From Ranitomeya imitator (Eukaryota): a stretch of DNA of 64,000 bases. The notes under the pieces are model-generated. The model worked only from the letters and a program-made list of their open reading frames with translations, ran no database searches and had not been told where the DNA came from. Within the stretch, counting starts at the first letter, position 1, and every line of letters starts with the position of its first letter. The DNA is taken from positions 131,068,001-131,132,000 of the forward strand of contig NC_091291.1 in the NCBI RefSeq assembly GCF_032444005.1, in the 5' to 3' direction. The position numbers were made by a program, and so were the translations under genes. Of this stretch, positions 62,833 through 64,000 are shown piece by piece.

Positions 62833-64000
62833 TGACCAGACCAATTATCTCCGATGAGAAAAAATATGCAGCTGTTAACAGGCTATCAATATTAGATGCC
62901 TGGACCCTGACCCTTTAAGTCTGTAAAACCTGTCGATCATCCAGTGTGTATGTCGGGCTCTCGACTCTTTACCAACATCACTGTGAAAATTGGACATGCC
63001 AGCCATTTCCTTTTGATAGGTCAATAATTTCAGATCAGTGGGGTCCGACACCTGATATCCCCACCACTCAGCTGTCGAATGTGAGCAGTGCGAAAACTGC
63101 ACCTCCGCTCGCTATAAGTTGAGGATATTTCATCAGTAGAGCTAAGCTGATCGATTCGCAGGACTCTGGTCCAGGTCAGTGGTACCTAGTGACTAGATGG
63201 GGATCACGCAAATTTTTTTTCCTTTTCGACATCATCGTCTTGGTACTTGATTTGTCAGGGCTGGCGCAAAGTTATCTGTGCGACGTGATGCACAGACGTC
63301 ACCACCGACCTGGATGCTGGAGCGGGGTCCCGCGAATCAATGTGCTGATCTCTAGTCCTATGTATCCTAAGGCTGCACAACCCCTTCAAAGGTGTTTTCC
63401 ACCGCTCCCGAGACGGCAAAGGAAACCCTACAATTTGTCATAAAGGAGCTAGAAGGGGAGATCACGGGAAGAACTTCTTTGGGACTTCAAACGCTTTAAA
63501 GGAGGTGTTCCAAGGAACTGAACATCTAGCTTAAAGTGCTTTAAAAAAAAATAAAAAATTTTTTATCCCCCCCACCCGATTCCACAGCAGACCTGTCCAC
63601 TGCTTACAGTCCCCACTAATCTTTGCTTCCTAGTCCTGTCATCAACACACCAGAAATGGTGGATAATGCCCCCTTAGCCAGTCTCTGGCCGAGGTGGGTC
63701 ACTGCTGCAGACAGTCATTACTTCGCGGGAATTTGCAGAGATTTGCACGAGTCGAGGACAGAAGTTGCAGCATGTTTTAATCACTCTGATGACTTTTACA
63801 TTAAGTAAATAGTTTGCCAACTTTTTTAATACACTTTTTAGCCACTTTAATTGGGTGTAGATCAGTGGGGGTCCGGGTCCTGAGATCCCCCAACAATTGC
63901 TCACAAAATTTCCTAGAAATGCTCATTCACTTGTCATTTTTTCTCATACGAATGCTATCGTGTTTTTTTTACGGTTATCACTGGTATCTATGGAAGTCAA

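Noticed and set aside
61685-62844. PDLP and GGRS repeat ORFs resembling collagen-like or loricrin-like proteins
   Set aside because: 12-bp minisatellite plus an adjacent MITE.

Overview
Vertebrate genomic DNA, almost certainly from an anuran (frog). The taxon is inferred from the repeat landscape and protein divergence, not from a database search. Three host genes are present in the order of the mammalian SIK3-PAFAH1B2-SIDT2 cluster. SIDT2 (minus strand) has 8 coding exons reconstructed with GT-AG sites, runs off the left edge, and has a probable non-coding first exon near 22.9 kb. PAFAH1B2 (minus strand) is complete: 5 coding exons, 229 aa, promoter near 43.8 kb. SIK3 (plus strand) shows only its first coding exon, at 53005. 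The rest is mobile DNA and satellites: a DIRS-type tyrosine-recombinase retrotransposon with ITRs and ICR, two near-identical CR1 LINEs in inverted orientation, two different non-autonomous Helitrons joined head-to-tail (one carrying a Tc1), Harbinger, hAT and T2 MITEs, a decayed intronless GSPT1/eRF3 retrocopy, a ~714-bp inverted duplication and many minisatellites. The long low-complexity ORFs are repeat artefacts. I found no convincing new protein-coding system. The best leads are the CTAG|TC fused Helitron pair, a tandem array starting about 160-230 bp downstream of the first splice donor of all three genes, the foldback structure and CLEAR cluster at SIDT2, a 32-bp microinversion in the DIRS recombinase active-site segment, and the inverted CR1 pair that could invert a 28-kb block.
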